NCBI GenBank assembly: GCA_030704615.1
Contig: CM060733.1
Span: 7,998,001-8,062,000 of the forward strand
Origin: Takakia lepidozioides
Taxonomy: Eukaryota > Plantae > Bryophyta
Direction of reading: 5' to 3'
DNA length: 64,000 nt
The notes beneath the pieces are model-generated. The model was not told where the DNA came from and ran no database searches. It saw only the letters and a program-made list of their open reading frames with translations. Position numbers and translations under genes: made by a program. Within the stretch, counting starts at the first letter, position 1, and each line of letters begins with the position of its first letter. Shown here piece after piece: positions 36,266 through 49,866 of the stretch.

Positions 36266-38271
36266 TCAGTTACCATTACAGTACATCAAATCAAAATGAT
36301 TCAACAAAAAATGCCTCACTAATTCATTGTAAAACTCTGCACCACTATACATACTGAAACTGAAAATGTTATGAATCTGTATTTTCTCTCTCTTACCCAT
36401 GTTGACAAGGGAGAAATGTAGAAACACAGCAACACGTACATTGTATCTTTGGTTAAGAGTTTTAGAGATAAGAAAGTTAAGGCTATCATGTGGGAAAGTA
36501 GTTTGTGTGCAAAGAAGTGTACTGTTTGATTTAGTGTGAGTTCTACTCAGCTTGGTCCCTAGGAACTTGGAGGTTGGTGTAGAAGCTTGTATTAGTTCAA
36601 TTGTCATTTAAGTACATCTGCCCATTTGCAGACAGTTCACATAAGTTCAATTGTCACTTAAGGAGGGCTGTCTGCAGCATGCTTGAATTTGAATAGTGAG
36701 GTGCAACATATGATTGTTGTAGGAATTTCAGAGACTACTTGTGATAAATAACAGTTACATTCTTTAAACTTATACATTTGAATTTGATATCATGCTAGGA
36801 ATGGTATCGGATTGTCTTACAAGTTGGGTTCCAATTTCTTGTCAATCAGAACAGCCTGATTGGCATCTCCATCATGGGCCATACCAAATGTGAGGTATGT
36901 TAAGTTCATCATTTTCGTGAGCGATGTGCTTGCTAATTTTTTGCATGCATGATAGGCCAAAGCCTCTCTCATCCTCTCTCATTGATGATGGGATCTAGGG
37001 CAACTAGTTTACACAACATTTAAATGAGTAGTACCTCTCTGTCTATCCTTCTTTTTCTAAACAAGACCCTGAACCACACTACCGGCCTCGAGGGGATGTC
37101 ACATGCAAATTTAAATTTTATTGGCAACGGACTCTCAACAAGGGTAGGCTCATGAAAGCAATTAGCAGACAAAAATACCAGGAACTGAAAGCATATAAAA
37201 GGTGGAGGGAAGGATATCTGAGTCGTACACAATTTCCATGGGACATGTTGCAAAGTCGAGAAACTCATCCAGCTTTGGTGTTTTCTCTGCCTGCAAGACT
37301 GCTTGAGATTGGGACATATCACACAATCAAATGATGACTGTTCTTATGTGCCTCAGAAATGAAAATCCACCATCCGAAGACAACAACAGAGAGAGAAAGA
37401 CACTATCTTATATGAGATTTTAACCTACAACACACGCATGAGGATAAGAACTTGAGTACTCCAGTTTGACATAAAAGCAGCCTGAACATGCTATGATGCT
37501 CCCTGACACCAAACGATAGGGAAGTGAATTTAGTAGTTGACATCCACATCCTACTATAGGTTCCACATACCTACCATTGGGAACATTTGGCGAGACATAA
37601 TGGAGGGAGGTGTTTAATGACTGTGCATCCAGATCATTAAGGATTTTTTTTCTTCCGGATGGCCGGCTCAATGATCCCCTTGCTTCTCTCTTCTGGATGG
37701 CCTTTGTGTCTAAAGCTTGTCGGACTTTAATTAATTAACACAACTTGAATTGGTTGTGCTTTATGTTGGCATTTAGATTGACACCTACCAGAGCACCACA
37801 CCTCGATAGCAGAGCACACACCTAACACATTTGTTATTCTTTCTTATGCACAAGCTTGATGAATTAACAGGTCCCAACTCCCAACTTCAAAAACTCTGAC
37901 TCTCTTGTGTCTCTCTAGTTGTGGGCCGTGGCTCTCCTTGCTTTGGTAGGATGAGGACGGGGTGGTGAAAGGGGCCAGTATTAGTACGGGCATATATCTC
38001 TGCCGGATCATAAGGTAGTAGATCTTCGGCTGTTGCCCGCAATGATTCCAATGCCAACACCCGTTCGTCCTGCTCAAGACAAACTATCTCATTATGAGTG
38101 TTATCTGACGAAGAATGTGGCTCCTGAGTCCTACTATGCCAATGTCACTCTTGAAAATATTTGTTTGAATTCTTCTTTATGTGCAACAAGGGAGACATAG
38201 GGTGGATGCAGAAGAAGGGATGGATAGGGTTGTAGTGTGATATAACATGTTGATTATCCAACAAATCTTAC

Positions 38272-40467
38272 CTTGTCCATGTCAGTGAGCTGTCTTCCCC
38301 ACTTCAGCATGTTCAGATTCATGTTAGATACCTGCCAAGGCATCATTGTAAATTGAATCACAACAAGATCGCCCTTCCATAAAAAGAGGGATCAATTCTC
38401 AGGATCTTGAGCTTGCACATATGGAAGCTCAACAATCATCTCCACCTGAACAATGAGCAAGTTTGTTCATTATGTGGGCTCTCTTTTCTTTATATAGAAG
38501 TGACTTGATTTCAAGAGAGAGAAAATCTCACCGCATTCAAGACGTTGAAATCCTCCATGGTGTACTCATATGGACCAAAATTTTCAGATTTCACAAATAC
38601 AGTCATCCATTGGGGGAATGCTCGTAATGCTACCTGCATCAATTCTTCATCATCGCTGACTGGATCTGCGCTAAAGAATGAGCAAGGTTTCTATTTTCTT
38701 CATTAGTTTGGCAGTTTATCAAACAATCAATATTGATTTCTGTTAATAGCTAGTGGCCGTAATAAGATTGCAGCCTTGCTAGAAAACAAGGGAGTGAGCA
38801 GCACTTAAAACTAATTGCAACTGAGCTTCCAGGAAGAAGAGAGAGGGTTGGTAGGATACTTATTCAGTCCATGTAAGGACACAGACTGCTTCTAGCATGG
38901 GCGATTGTGATTCAGCAGTCATGCGTAGTGTCTGGAGCATCGTCAGAAGCACTGGTGTCTCTGCCTACATTCATGCATTCATTTTTTAATCAGCATATGA
39001 TACCCATATTTAGCTAATTAACCTCACAAAATTGCATGTGTATTGGTAGATTTGAAAGGGAAGGTAAACTGAGGTACTCTTTTGGGAGTTTCACTTGTCA
39101 CAAGACACATGTTCACAATGCAAGGTATTCATGCAAGCATTCTACACTTGCTTAACATGAAGATTGTTTGAACTTGAGATATGATCCAACGCCATTTGCA
39201 CGGATTGATAGAGAACATAAAACATCAAGTTGGTTCCTTAGCTAGAGATTAAACTGAAGCTGGAACAATCGTTGATAGCAACTGGGGAGAATTGATCTCT
39301 CAGCAAATAGGTACACAAGAGTATACCTCAAGGAAATGGAGAACACATGTGGGGTAGACCATTAGAAAACCTGTCATCCTGTTGAACTGGCCTGCAGCTT
39401 TGAGTGTCTCTTCATGCCAGGCTGCATGCTAGCTAGCACAGATCCACACTGAATCATGCTTTGGTAGGATCTCAAATAAATCAATGTTGGATGTCGATTA
39501 ATTCATGTTGCTTATGCTGGGGCCATAGACCACGACTTGGTTTGCATGGAGAAGAGAAGTTTATTTTTACTCTTTCATATTGATTCTTGTCTATTATTGT
39601 GAACGTCCCTTACTTTTTCCCTTACTACATTGCGAAAACTCACCACCTCCTCTGCGGCGCACCAAAAAAAAAAAAAAACCAACAACAACTCGCCTCCAAA
39701 TGTGTGCATCTTGGTTTATGAGACTTAAGAACCAAAAACAGAAAACTAGAGAGGAAAAATGTTATGTAAGTACACGCAAGGCGCTGCTTGGTGGTCTCTT
39801 TGGCGTTGATTTTTCCGGCATACAACATGCGGCTTATACTTGGTCCTCTCTGCACATGTTAAGAAACTTTGTGCTTCTCAGATGACCCCTTATTAGAACT
39901 ATTACTCTAAATTGAATGACTTTGAGTAATCCACACGTCTACACAACGCATTACCTAGTCGTCTTTGAAGCCACTTTAATGTCAAGGTGGAGATTGTGGG
40001 GAAGGTTTTTCAAAGGTGTCATATTTCTTGTAATCTACAGCCCCATTCATATCTAATCAACAATATTTGTGGTCTTATTTTCTCTGTGAGTTATAGGTCC
40101 TCAAATCTCCCAATGAGTATTGCATCAGTGTAGGCTCCAGCCATAGACTCGTGCACCAACCAAAGTTAAACTTGACATTTTTAGGGTAAACCAGGTTATG
40201 GCAGAACATCTATATGCAGATGTTGGATCATACAGAAGTCACTCTCTCCTGTAGATAATTGCAATCATCAACAAAATGATGCAAGCTTCCTTTTCCTCCA
40301 ACACGTTCCTTCTATGAGGCAGAAGGGGTGGTGGATTGTGTCAAATGTAGTCTTAATTTGGAATATGGGAAATCAGACATGACCTTGGCAGATGCTGAAA
40401 CATTTTCTATCACTAGATCCAACATGTTTTGCCGCGGTTGGTGTATGTTCATTATATAGTCGTCCAT
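38272..40467 (-). pseudogene. TEX47/MOT7/DYBLUP-like (dynein-associated BLUF-like) gene; six exons, one in-frame stop, 3' end not found
   Basis: Exons 40384-40467, 39774-39849, 39327-39421, 38860-38964, 38532-38633 and 38272-38331 join with consistent phase at GT-AG sites. Product: MDDYIMNIHQPRQNMLDLVIENVSASAK-RGPSISRMLYAGKINAKETTKQRLAS-WHEETLKAAGQFNRMTGFLMVYPTCVLHFLE-AETPVLLTMLQTLRMTAESQSPMLEAVCVLTWTE*-VALRAFPQWMTVFVKSENFGPYEYTMEDFNVLNA-VSNMNLNMLKWGRQLTDMDK. Confidence 0.75.
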
Positions 40468-41012
40468 GGCTGCTGCCTTTCAGAATTCTCACAAGAGAGG
40501 TCTTCACAAATACCCGCAAGAAAGAGAGACGGATGGCGAGAGGCTTAACTTCTCAGTACCCTTGGAAATTCCGCTCAGAGTTATTTATTTATTTATTTAT
40601 GGCTCAGATTTGCAATTAACCGCTTATAAAGATTGAAATATAGATTTAATAAAACTTCTTTCCATTTTCTTAATTTTACAAAAACATTATTTCGCATTAA
40701 TTTTTTTTTTCTGTTTTATTTTTAAAAACAGGGATGGCTAGAATATCATTTGAATTGTTGAAAACTGATCACATATGATGATGTGAAAATCGCCATGTAT
40801 AAAGAACTTGATTTACGTATGAAAACTATGTGTAATACAAAACCTTTCTTTGTACCACAACAATGGGAAAAATACTATAGTAAGGGCTACAAAATGAAAA
40901 TTGTAATATAAAAGTTTTTTCACATCACAAGCTTCTTATCTTAAAGAGAAGACAACAACAAAGATGATGCACTAAATACTATTTACAAAAATACCAAGTG
41001 TTCAGGAGGTTT

Positions 41013-42400
41013 TTACAGATCATCAAAGTGAAGTTTGCGTTTCACACCGTGTTGCACATCATCATATGGTTTTGATTTCGATGGACCAGGAACAGCTGCC
41101 AAAGGGGTTACAATCAAATCCATACTACGAATAGGAAATTTTATTTTAGGGATTGATTGTTGAATGTCCTCTTGAAAACCAACAAGGGCAGATGTGGGGG
41201 TCAATTGAAATTTATCACGAATGCAAATTGCGTTTTGTTTTGGACGAGGGGAATTGAGGAACTCAGATTCTGCCAAATGCACGATTGCCTCGAGCCATTT
41301 GCCCTCAATGGTCAGCAACATAGGTTCAACGTCGGTTGCAATGGAGGTACGGAGAAAACCTGACTTGTGAACATTTGTTTTCAAACGACAGCCGTTAGAA
41401 TGAACATCGCCGATTGGAGAGATGATGATATCTGATACACGACAGTACTCACATACTTTCTGAAATAGAGGGGCAGTAGGGCTGAGTATGGACAGCACCC
41501 CACTTACTTGGAAAAATCCCGGATTACATTATTTTAGATTAAGGTACATAATAACTAAAATTGATAGTAAAAAAATTCAATACAAACAAAGTAAGATATA
41601 ATGGCTTACCTCTCTTACTGCGGGCTGAGTGCTAGTAAATTTGTTGTGCAAATGAAGAAGACGAGCTCAAACGCTTTCATCAACAACCCTGCTGAAAATT
41701 GTGTGGGGTTGCGCTTTCAAATGTTGATCTCCTTTAGACGTTGTTGCGATATTCTTAATCAAGATCATAACACATTAGCCAGCATTGTATGCTTCCACAA
41801 TTTGATCATATTCTGTTTTGAAATTCCTCCCCATGACAAGAACATCCTGGTCAAATTCTCTTGCAATCATTAGTTGCTTTTCATCCTTTGTATCTTGTCC
41901 TCCCCCTCTTACTGCAGTAACAATGACAGCAAAGGTGACACATGCCTAACTCTGAAGAGAGGCTCAGAACTATCTTATGGAATTCGTGTGGAAAAATAAG
42001 GGAACCATCTCAGGTTCAAAGGCAGGAATTGAAGACACGGTTGTAGTCGACTCAACTATTATGACGACATACATGCCGTCTTTCTCAAAACCTCTTTTGG
42101 ATTTTGAGTCCATCCCAAAATTTTCCACCCTCACATACATGTTTTTTTGCAAACATTGCTCATGCATTTCTATAAAGGGCGACTTCACTCTTAAAGTGAC
42201 TGTGGTCAAGATTATCTTATCTAGCAAATCACGTTGCAAGTAAGCATAACCTGGATCTTCCATGGTCTTATTGGCAATCCGATCAAAGGTGCCATATCTG
42301 TTCAGCACCTTCGCCTCAAAGGCAACATCTCGGATTCTATAGTTCAAGTCATCCACTGTGACGACCATCCCCTCTTCCTTCGGTGCTACAGCAGACATTG
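41013..42400 (-). pseudogene. Degenerate OB-fold / RPA1-like ssDNA-binding protein gene, likely Helitron-associated
   Basis: TVDDLNYRIRDVAFEAKVLNRYG...DLLDK...VTLRV...LQKNMYVRVENFG, followed by a second VTFAVIVTAV-type strand. Internal stops. Probable intron at about 41505-41628. Ends in NLS-like VKRKLHF. Confidence 0.5.
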
Positions 42401-43049
42401 TAAAAGCAACTGCTACCACAACAAAGACCAGAGGGTGAAAGATGCAAAGAGAGAGAGGGGACGGGAACAAGCTTATACTCACAAATGAAGCTATGACCTT
42501 AAGCTAATTTATTTGCAAGAATGAGACCGCCCCATGTGTGCCTCAACTGCACTGCTCCACAGGTTACTTAGTGCGTCGCCTACTTTACGATGAGGTCATG
42601 GAGAAAGACGACAATATGTTGTAGAAGATGAGAGTAAAAATGAAGAAGATGAACTCGAAAATGAATGCAAAACCCTAAACAATCCTGAAGAATCTCAGGG
42701 CAATGTGAAAATTGTAGTTTATTCCAAAGAGTAGGGTGTGGTAGTTTTGAACCCACAACCTCTTAGAATACAAAGTCTTAAGAGTACTCATGATAACCAC
42801 TAGAGTAACCAGGGCTTCTTTTGGTTATATTATGGTTTTTTTTTTCCTAAACTCCTAGACTCATGAAGGTTTATTTAAAAATAGATGTCGGTGCATTACA
42901 AATAGTTGTACGAACATTTATCGAGAACAAAATTTTGTTTTGATTGTAATAAATGGTGACAACTACAAATTTTGTCGGTACATACCAATAAATAGTACAT
43001 GTGATTTATAAATGTAATGACCAAAGTTGATACATTTATTATAGTAGTT

Positions 43050-43745
43050 TATTTTTTTCCATTTCCTTTAGGACTCCTTAGGGCCGTTCTAAGGAGTCCT
43101 AAGGGCGACTATAAATAACAATGTCCATTTTTCCATTTTCCCCCTCATAGAACTCCTTAGGGCCACCCTCAGGAGTCCTAATGATAATTATAAATAATAA
43201 TTTATATCTTTCCATTTTCTCTCTCTTAGGATTCCTTAGGGCAACCTTAAGGAGTCCTAAGGGCGACTATATATCGCAATTTACATCTTTCCATTTCCCC
43301 CCCTCTTAGGGCCGCCCTGAGGAGTCCTAAGGGCAATTATAAATAATAATATATATGTTTCCATCTTCCCCCTTTTAGGATTTCTTAGGGCCGCCCTAAG
43401 GAGTCCTAAGGGCGATTATAAATAATAATTTACATCTTTCCATTTTCCCCCTCTTAGGACTTCTTAGGGCGGTCCTAAGGAGTCCTAAAGACGAATAATA
43501 ATTTATATCTTTCCAGTTTTCCCCCTCTTAAGACTCCTTAGGGACGCCCTAAGGAGTCCGAAGGGCAATTATAAATAATCATTTACATGTTTCCATTTTT
43601 CCCCTCTTAGGACTTTTTAAAGCCACCCTAAGGAGTCCGAAGGGCAATTATAAATAATAATTTATATGTTTCCATTTCCCCTCTTAGGACTTTTTAGGGC
43701 CCTAAGGAGTCCTAAGCGTGATTATAAGTAATAATTTATATCTTT
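43050..43745. repeat. Tandem array of about 9 units of about 78 bp, each with a roughly 35-bp palindrome
   Basis: The core TTAGGACTCCTTAGGG-CCG-CCCTAAGGAGTCCTAA is followed by a conserved AT-rich gggcgattataaataataatttacatctttccattttcccc segment. Confidence 0.92.
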
Positions 43746-44612
43746 AGATTTTTTTTTTCTAGTCCTAAACTTGCTGACACGTGTCTTTTCATCCCAAAAA
43801 ATGAAAAAACTGTCATTTTCAGTTCATTTTTCGAAATTTTTGCCTTTTTTAATATTTTTTTTGACCTCCTCCTCCACTTTCATCTGTTCTTAATGTCAAA
43901 AAGTTTACAAATGAATGAACCTTTCCATCCAAGTTCCTGGCTTTTTCAAAAATATATATTCTACGTGGCATGAAAAGTTTGAACCCTGTTACTGATAGAT
44001 ATTCCAACCTTCTCACCACCAAGCTACACTTGTTATATTGATGGTAGGTCAAACTACAATGTTGTAGATAGATATAGTTGCTCCTACATTAAAAGTGTAT
44101 GCTCTAGTCTATAATTATCCGTCGTTATCTTTTGACGCCTGTCCTCTGTCATCTGTTCTCAATGTGAAAAAGCTTACAAATGATTCAAATGGAATTTATA
44201 TTAATCTTCCTTAAAGTTAATAATATATGTATTAACTAGGGACGGGGGATCCAAACCCTCACCACCTGGTGAAGGTATATCTAGAGGCTTATCCATTCAG
44301 CCTACCACCATTATTCACACCCTATACCCGCTCAAAAGGAGTCCCCACAATGCCTCTATCCCAAGTAAATTGGGACAGAGCCAATAAAAAAGGATGGCAA
44401 AGTACTGAAAATGCACTGTGTTGAGTCCCCTCCGGATCACTAGAAAGGAGGTATACCCAAATTTTGTCCAAAACATCTAGAAGATTAGGAGAAGCCGCCC
44501 AACATCATAAGACATATAGTTGTAGAAATTGGACTCAATTGGATCAGCCATTTAGGAATTTCGATATATCAGTGTGATTTTGTTTTCCAATTTTGCAAAG
44601 ATTGCAAAATCA

Positions 44613-44680
44613 TTTCATGCTCACAAAATGGTTATAAGATTCCAAATTTCATGCTCACAAAATGGTTATAAGATTCCAAT
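44613..44680 (+). repeat. Tandem duplication, 2 x about 34 bp
   Basis: tttcatgctcacaaaatggttataagattccaa occurs twice in a row. Confidence 0.85.
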
Positions 44681-46232
44681 TCTTGCTGAAAAAAAACATG
44701 AAATTTGAGGTAGGGGTAAGCGATATGGTTACGAATATGATTGAATGGTCAAATTCTGTAGATCTCAGAACAGTCTTATTAACAAATAAGAAGGTAGAAT
44801 GGGGTGTATATTTTGCTTCGGTTCTGAGCTCCTTTCTATATGACCAGTGCTTCCTGTCTAAACTTGTGTGCATAACTCATGAGGTATTTTAAGAAATTTC
44901 TATTCAAACGTAAGTTTACCTCCCTGGAGGTAATGTAGGAGTTGTCAATTTTGCAATCAAACGTACTAGCGTGGCCTGTGCCGTTGGCCCAAGTGTCCAA
45001 CTTGTCATTTAAGTCCAAGTGCGTCTGGGACGTTGAGGCCCAAGTGCAACCTCTAGGGCAGCTTGTGCCCTTGGCCCAAGTGTCCAATGTTATCTAAGTC
45101 CAAGTGCATCAATATCTGAAGCAAGCCATGTCTAATCATTTTTTTTCCCACAAAGCCTACGACCAAATTTGAACCAGAGACCTTTCCCTTGATATCTCTC
45201 TGTTGAGGCTCCAACCATTGTCCCAGGAATGCCCACTTTGCTATTTTTTGTGATTTCCAGTGGCCCAAAGTACTTGAAATTCCACATCTCCCACACCGCA
45301 AGTCCAAAAATCATGAAACCAAGCCCGTGCACCCCTCCTCGTCAAGGGCTTTCCAATGGTACCAAGCACAAGGGCCTCGCGGTTGGGGACTTCTCAAATC
45401 TACAAAACAAACAAATCAAATGTATTGTTTATGGATCGTCTCACAAGAGATGACGTCGACGTGAGCAGCACTGCTCTCGCTCCCACAATTTCTCTACAAG
45501 TTTTGCAGGTGGAGTTGATTTATACATCTCTCTCACAAACCAACTCATGTACCACCATGACTGTGTGATGCTGAAGCAAGTGACGAGAGATGTTGGGGAG
45601 AATTAAGAGACCAGATGTATGAGAGGGCTCCACAAACCAAGGAACATGGTATAGCGAAGCAGATGCATCAAAGTTATGTTTCATGGCGGATGTGTACGCC
45701 AGCTTACAAGTCCATTGAATACCCTCAATTTACAGTAACTGGATTGTCATTCGTTGTGTGCAAGTGAGTCTGAAATAAAATACACTGGTGCAAGGCTCTC
45801 TACCCGCATGGACTGTTGACAAGGGGTAACAATAAATGAGTTTCTTTCTTCTTTTCTCTGTGTGATGTTTGGGATTTGCTCTCTTTGAGTTCTGGAGTTT
45901 TATTGTGTGGTTTTGCAGCGTCTTATAGCCCCTTCGGTCCTCCTGTGGACATAATACGTTTCTCAATTACGATCCCTCTTTCTCTCGGGCTGGAGAGGCA
46001 GAAGCACGGAGGTTTTCAGAAGCAAGGGGAGGGAGGCCATCACAGCCACCTAACTGCAGACTATGATGAAACTGAACTGGGAATGTGTAGCAACCTTCCA
46101 TTGCCCTACCTGTAGAGGATTCAATCCGTCATGATTTCCCAGTACCCTTATCAGCAGAATCTGTGTCAAGAGGGAATTTCATACCATTGGGTTTGATTGC
46201 AATAAAAGAATGTCTTGTTGAAAAACTTGGAG

Positions 46233-48187
46233 CTACTCAAAGAGCCTTTCTTGTCCCCACACATCCACGAGAAAGTCCACCATCTCCTGCATATTTTGAG
46301 CAAATCTAGAGCACTTTAGTGAATCGAAAAAATTGTCCCCTGACAAACAATGTTTACCCTCGCAGTTGTGTATGACCAACAGGAATTATCAGGCAAGAAC
46401 TATTCAACTTCCACAGGGACTTTGAAGCACATTAACTTTTGAAAGACCAGTCAAAAGTGATGAAACTCACAGGTAAAGGAATAGGCTGAGGAAAGGGACG
46501 GCTGGTGCCAAGCAAGTCCTCATAAGTTGTGTTCCAGCTAATATACCATGTTCCCCCACTTTCAGCATTGTCAGATGCATCATGTATAACCTTCCCCATG
46601 ATTCAGCAACATAAGAGTTCATGCGTGTCCAATAAACTTGTGTATCCTGATAGCACTTTACAACAAAGCAAGCTGATGTTCCAAGGGCATTCTTGACACG
46701 TTTCAGTACCCGTGGCGAACATTGAGAAATTCCACGGTACATGAAGTTAGTTATTGCCGCCAGATTTTTCTCTGCAAAGTTCTTAAGTCTAGCATGAACG
46801 TGATAGCAGAGTATTCAGACAAAAAGGAAAGTCACAGCTTTCACAATGTCTTGACCCTCTCAAACTGACTAAAGAGATCAGTGAAGTCTGCTTGATGCTT
46901 TCGGAGTGGGCCTCCCATGAGCCGAGTACTCACTACAACGTAAAAACCGTTTGATATCTGCATCATGCCCACAACTCCGACATGTGGAGCCAGAGAGAGA
47001 GAGAGAGAGAGAGAGATGGGGGTGTGCTGGGGGGTGTTGTGATCTGGCATAGCTCCAAGTGTAGCCTTGTGGCCCAGGGTACACACCCCTCCCAGTTGGA
47101 GTAACCTCTATATGAAACTGCCATAGCCCGACCATTTGCAAGGTTGACCTTCTGCTGGTATTACACATAATGAGCCTCTAACACATTACATTTGAGGCAT
47201 CCAAAGAGCAACAGGATCCAAGGCCAGACATGTACCTAACAACTGCTTCGCGGGGTTGCTGATGCCTTGCATGCTGCCAAGAACCAACCCACTCGCGCCT
47301 TCTCTCTGTCCACAACATCAAGGCTGCACACACAGTACTGATATAACCATAAAGAAAACTGTTGACACTTGTAGACCTAACTGCTAGCTAATTCTGCTTT
47401 ACAGTGTCATGAAGGGTACGATATGTCGTGTCTTTGCCGAGTGAATTGATTTTCTCTGTAGTCCATCCGGGAAACCACTGCCTTAGTAAACCCAACCACT
47501 GTCTTAATCTCTGGGCTCTCTTCCCAACCATAAAGTCCTTAGAAGCTAAGTTGCGTGGTTCCATGTAGGACATCCACCCAGCTGTCTAGCATCATCCATT
47601 TCATCTCGTTTGAGTTTTGTTCATTTGTGGTTGGCATTGCAACTTTTCAGTGGCATTAATTCACAGGAATCCATGGGAGCTTGCCATTCACAAAATCTGG
47701 TTGCTTTAATGCTTGATTTCTGTACTGTCAACGAGTCCATGCCTTGTAGAATCCATTCAACAAGACAGCCTGGGCATCAAAGCTATCAGCACAACCTTGA
47801 AGTGCATACCAGTACTTCCAACTTCATGTGCCACCTAAGCCTGTGTACTTATACCTCCCATATAGCGTTGAGAAGAGCTAGTCAGGAACAAATAGAAAGA
47901 CATGGACTCAAGCCTTACCGTGATTCACAAACGCACTATTGTTGGGATCGCTACTGGCACTTGCACAAGCCTCCTGGCTATGGTTGTTCCCACTTATTGA
48001 GCCTGGATTTCTTTGTTGGCGAGAACTGTTGCCATTGTTGTCCATGTCATTAGGGCTTGATGTCCGCAAGGTCTTGAAAAGGCAGGTTGCATGCCCACCG
48101 CCCCCTCTTCTGGATTCTGGATTCTGCAGAATCTTCAGAGTTGTTGAAGGGAAGGGGGGTTGGATAACCTCCAAAGCAGGTACTGCT
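46233..48187 (-). CDS. DUF4050 / Gag1-like clamp domain protein; true start uncertain (ATG at 48045 or an upstream exon)
   Basis: Exons 47919-48187, 47236-47323, 46471-46537 and 46233-46286 give ...AFVNHALMLWTERRREWVG...EAVVSWNTTYEDLLGTSRPFPQPIPLPEMVDFLVDVWGQERLFE*. Confidence 0.88.
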
Positions 48188-49866
48188 CTGTAGAAAATAC
48201 AGAACAAAAACATATCAGCAATTTGGTGAAGATAATACACAAAATAGCATAGAATTCTTCAGAGGCCCAGATTAGCCAGGGGGAGAACTCTGGAATTACT
48301 AACCTCTGCATAGTGTCAAGCTTCTATGCACAGACAGTGTGGACCACTTCCCCCCATCCCCTATGTTTCTTCCCTTTGGTCCTTACAAGTGTCGGTCCAA
48401 TCACAGCACAGCTATATGTCACCTCTGTGTAGTCGGAGGTTACTTGGTGGCCTTGTTCTTTCAAGTGTTGCTGGCCATGCCACAGTGCTGCAATTAACCA
48501 CGCTTTCGGGTATGATGGCAATGCCAACACATTATACCACACTCAACTCTTTGTACTCTGATTCAAAGCACTAAGCGATTCCTGGTTTAGTCTCAAGTAA
48601 CCCAGTGGGCTGAAACCCCACAATTGGTTGCCATGGATTCCATATCCCCAGGGCACTATATCCTTAAGGCCACATGGTTCGGAGGGAACAGTCCAGGTGA
48701 GCCTCTGTACTAGCATTGGGAGCTTTTTTAGCTACCTATACATTCCACTGCTACTTAACCACACTCACTAACTCAGGAAAGCAAGGAGGAAGCAAGCAAG
48801 AAAGGGAAGGAGACAAACCACATACATCCAGTGCATGGAAAACCTTCAAAACGTAAAAACATAAAATTAGCAAAATTGCTTTTGATGCAGACAATATGGA
48901 CTGTGGCAGCTATGCTAGAACTGCATGCTTCACATTTCACACATTTGAGGGTGTGCTGCCTCCCACCCACCTGCTCACTGCTCCCCAATCATAAATGGCT
49001 CTCGCACTGCTTGGAAACTACCTTGCACTGCAGTGGACCTCAAACATGGAAACCCTATTTGCAGCACTGAAAGGTACGTGAATTTCGAGCTTTAAGTCTC
49101 TCAAAGTGACGTTGTTGTGGCATCGCAGCATGATTTTGCAGTACACATGAAGAGGAAAGGTGTGATTGCCGTGTTCAAGGTAACCTTATCAGTACTCCGA
49201 TGATTCGACGAGGAGCATTCATTACACCTAAGCTCCCCGCACATGAATAAACTAAATGGTATCCAACATTCGGTCATACAACACTGTCATATGGAATCTG
49301 GTTCAAGGCAATAGAAGTCCTCCACAGGCCGATTATGCAGTCCTTATTATTACTAAGCAAAATATTCTGCGTATTTTTTCACAGGGGCGTTTTCATGTCC
49401 GACTCTCTAGCTGCCCGATGAAATGAACTCGGATAGGACATAAAAAGGTCAGGCTGGATGGGGGGAGATGATGTAAATTGTGAGTTAGGCTCGGATGGGT
49501 AGGCACACATAGCAGCCATGGAGTTCCATCAACAGCACTCCAAGAAGAATTAACCAAGAGTCCCCAAGACAATATCAAGAAGTGTTGTTTCAGCTCAGTA
49601 GCTAAAACCAAACTCATCGTCTGCTGATTTCCTGTATTCCCAAAAGTGGTTCATGCAGTCGTCACTTGGAAGGAAGGACTTGTAAGGATATGTGTGGAGC
49701 TGGCAAGAAGTGTGACAAGAAAGCACGAGGGACATGCCTGAGGGAGGACAAGAGCAGGAGAAAAATGCTCTAGCAAAGAAGAAGATAGCCGCCGAAATAC
49801 AATGGTCCTCCGAATTAACTAACAAGATAGATAGAAAGTCAAAACGACTCAACCATCGTACCAGTC

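Noticed and set aside
36270-38200. Possible C-terminal exons of the DYBLUP-like gene, or another gene
   Set aside because: No segment with the expected C-terminal motif or clean splice sites was found; left unassigned.
43050-43745. CRISPR-like appearance: palindromic repeats of about 35 bp with intervals of about 43 bp
   Set aside because: The intervening segments are copies of each other rather than unique spacers, no cas genes are present, and the context is eukaryotic.
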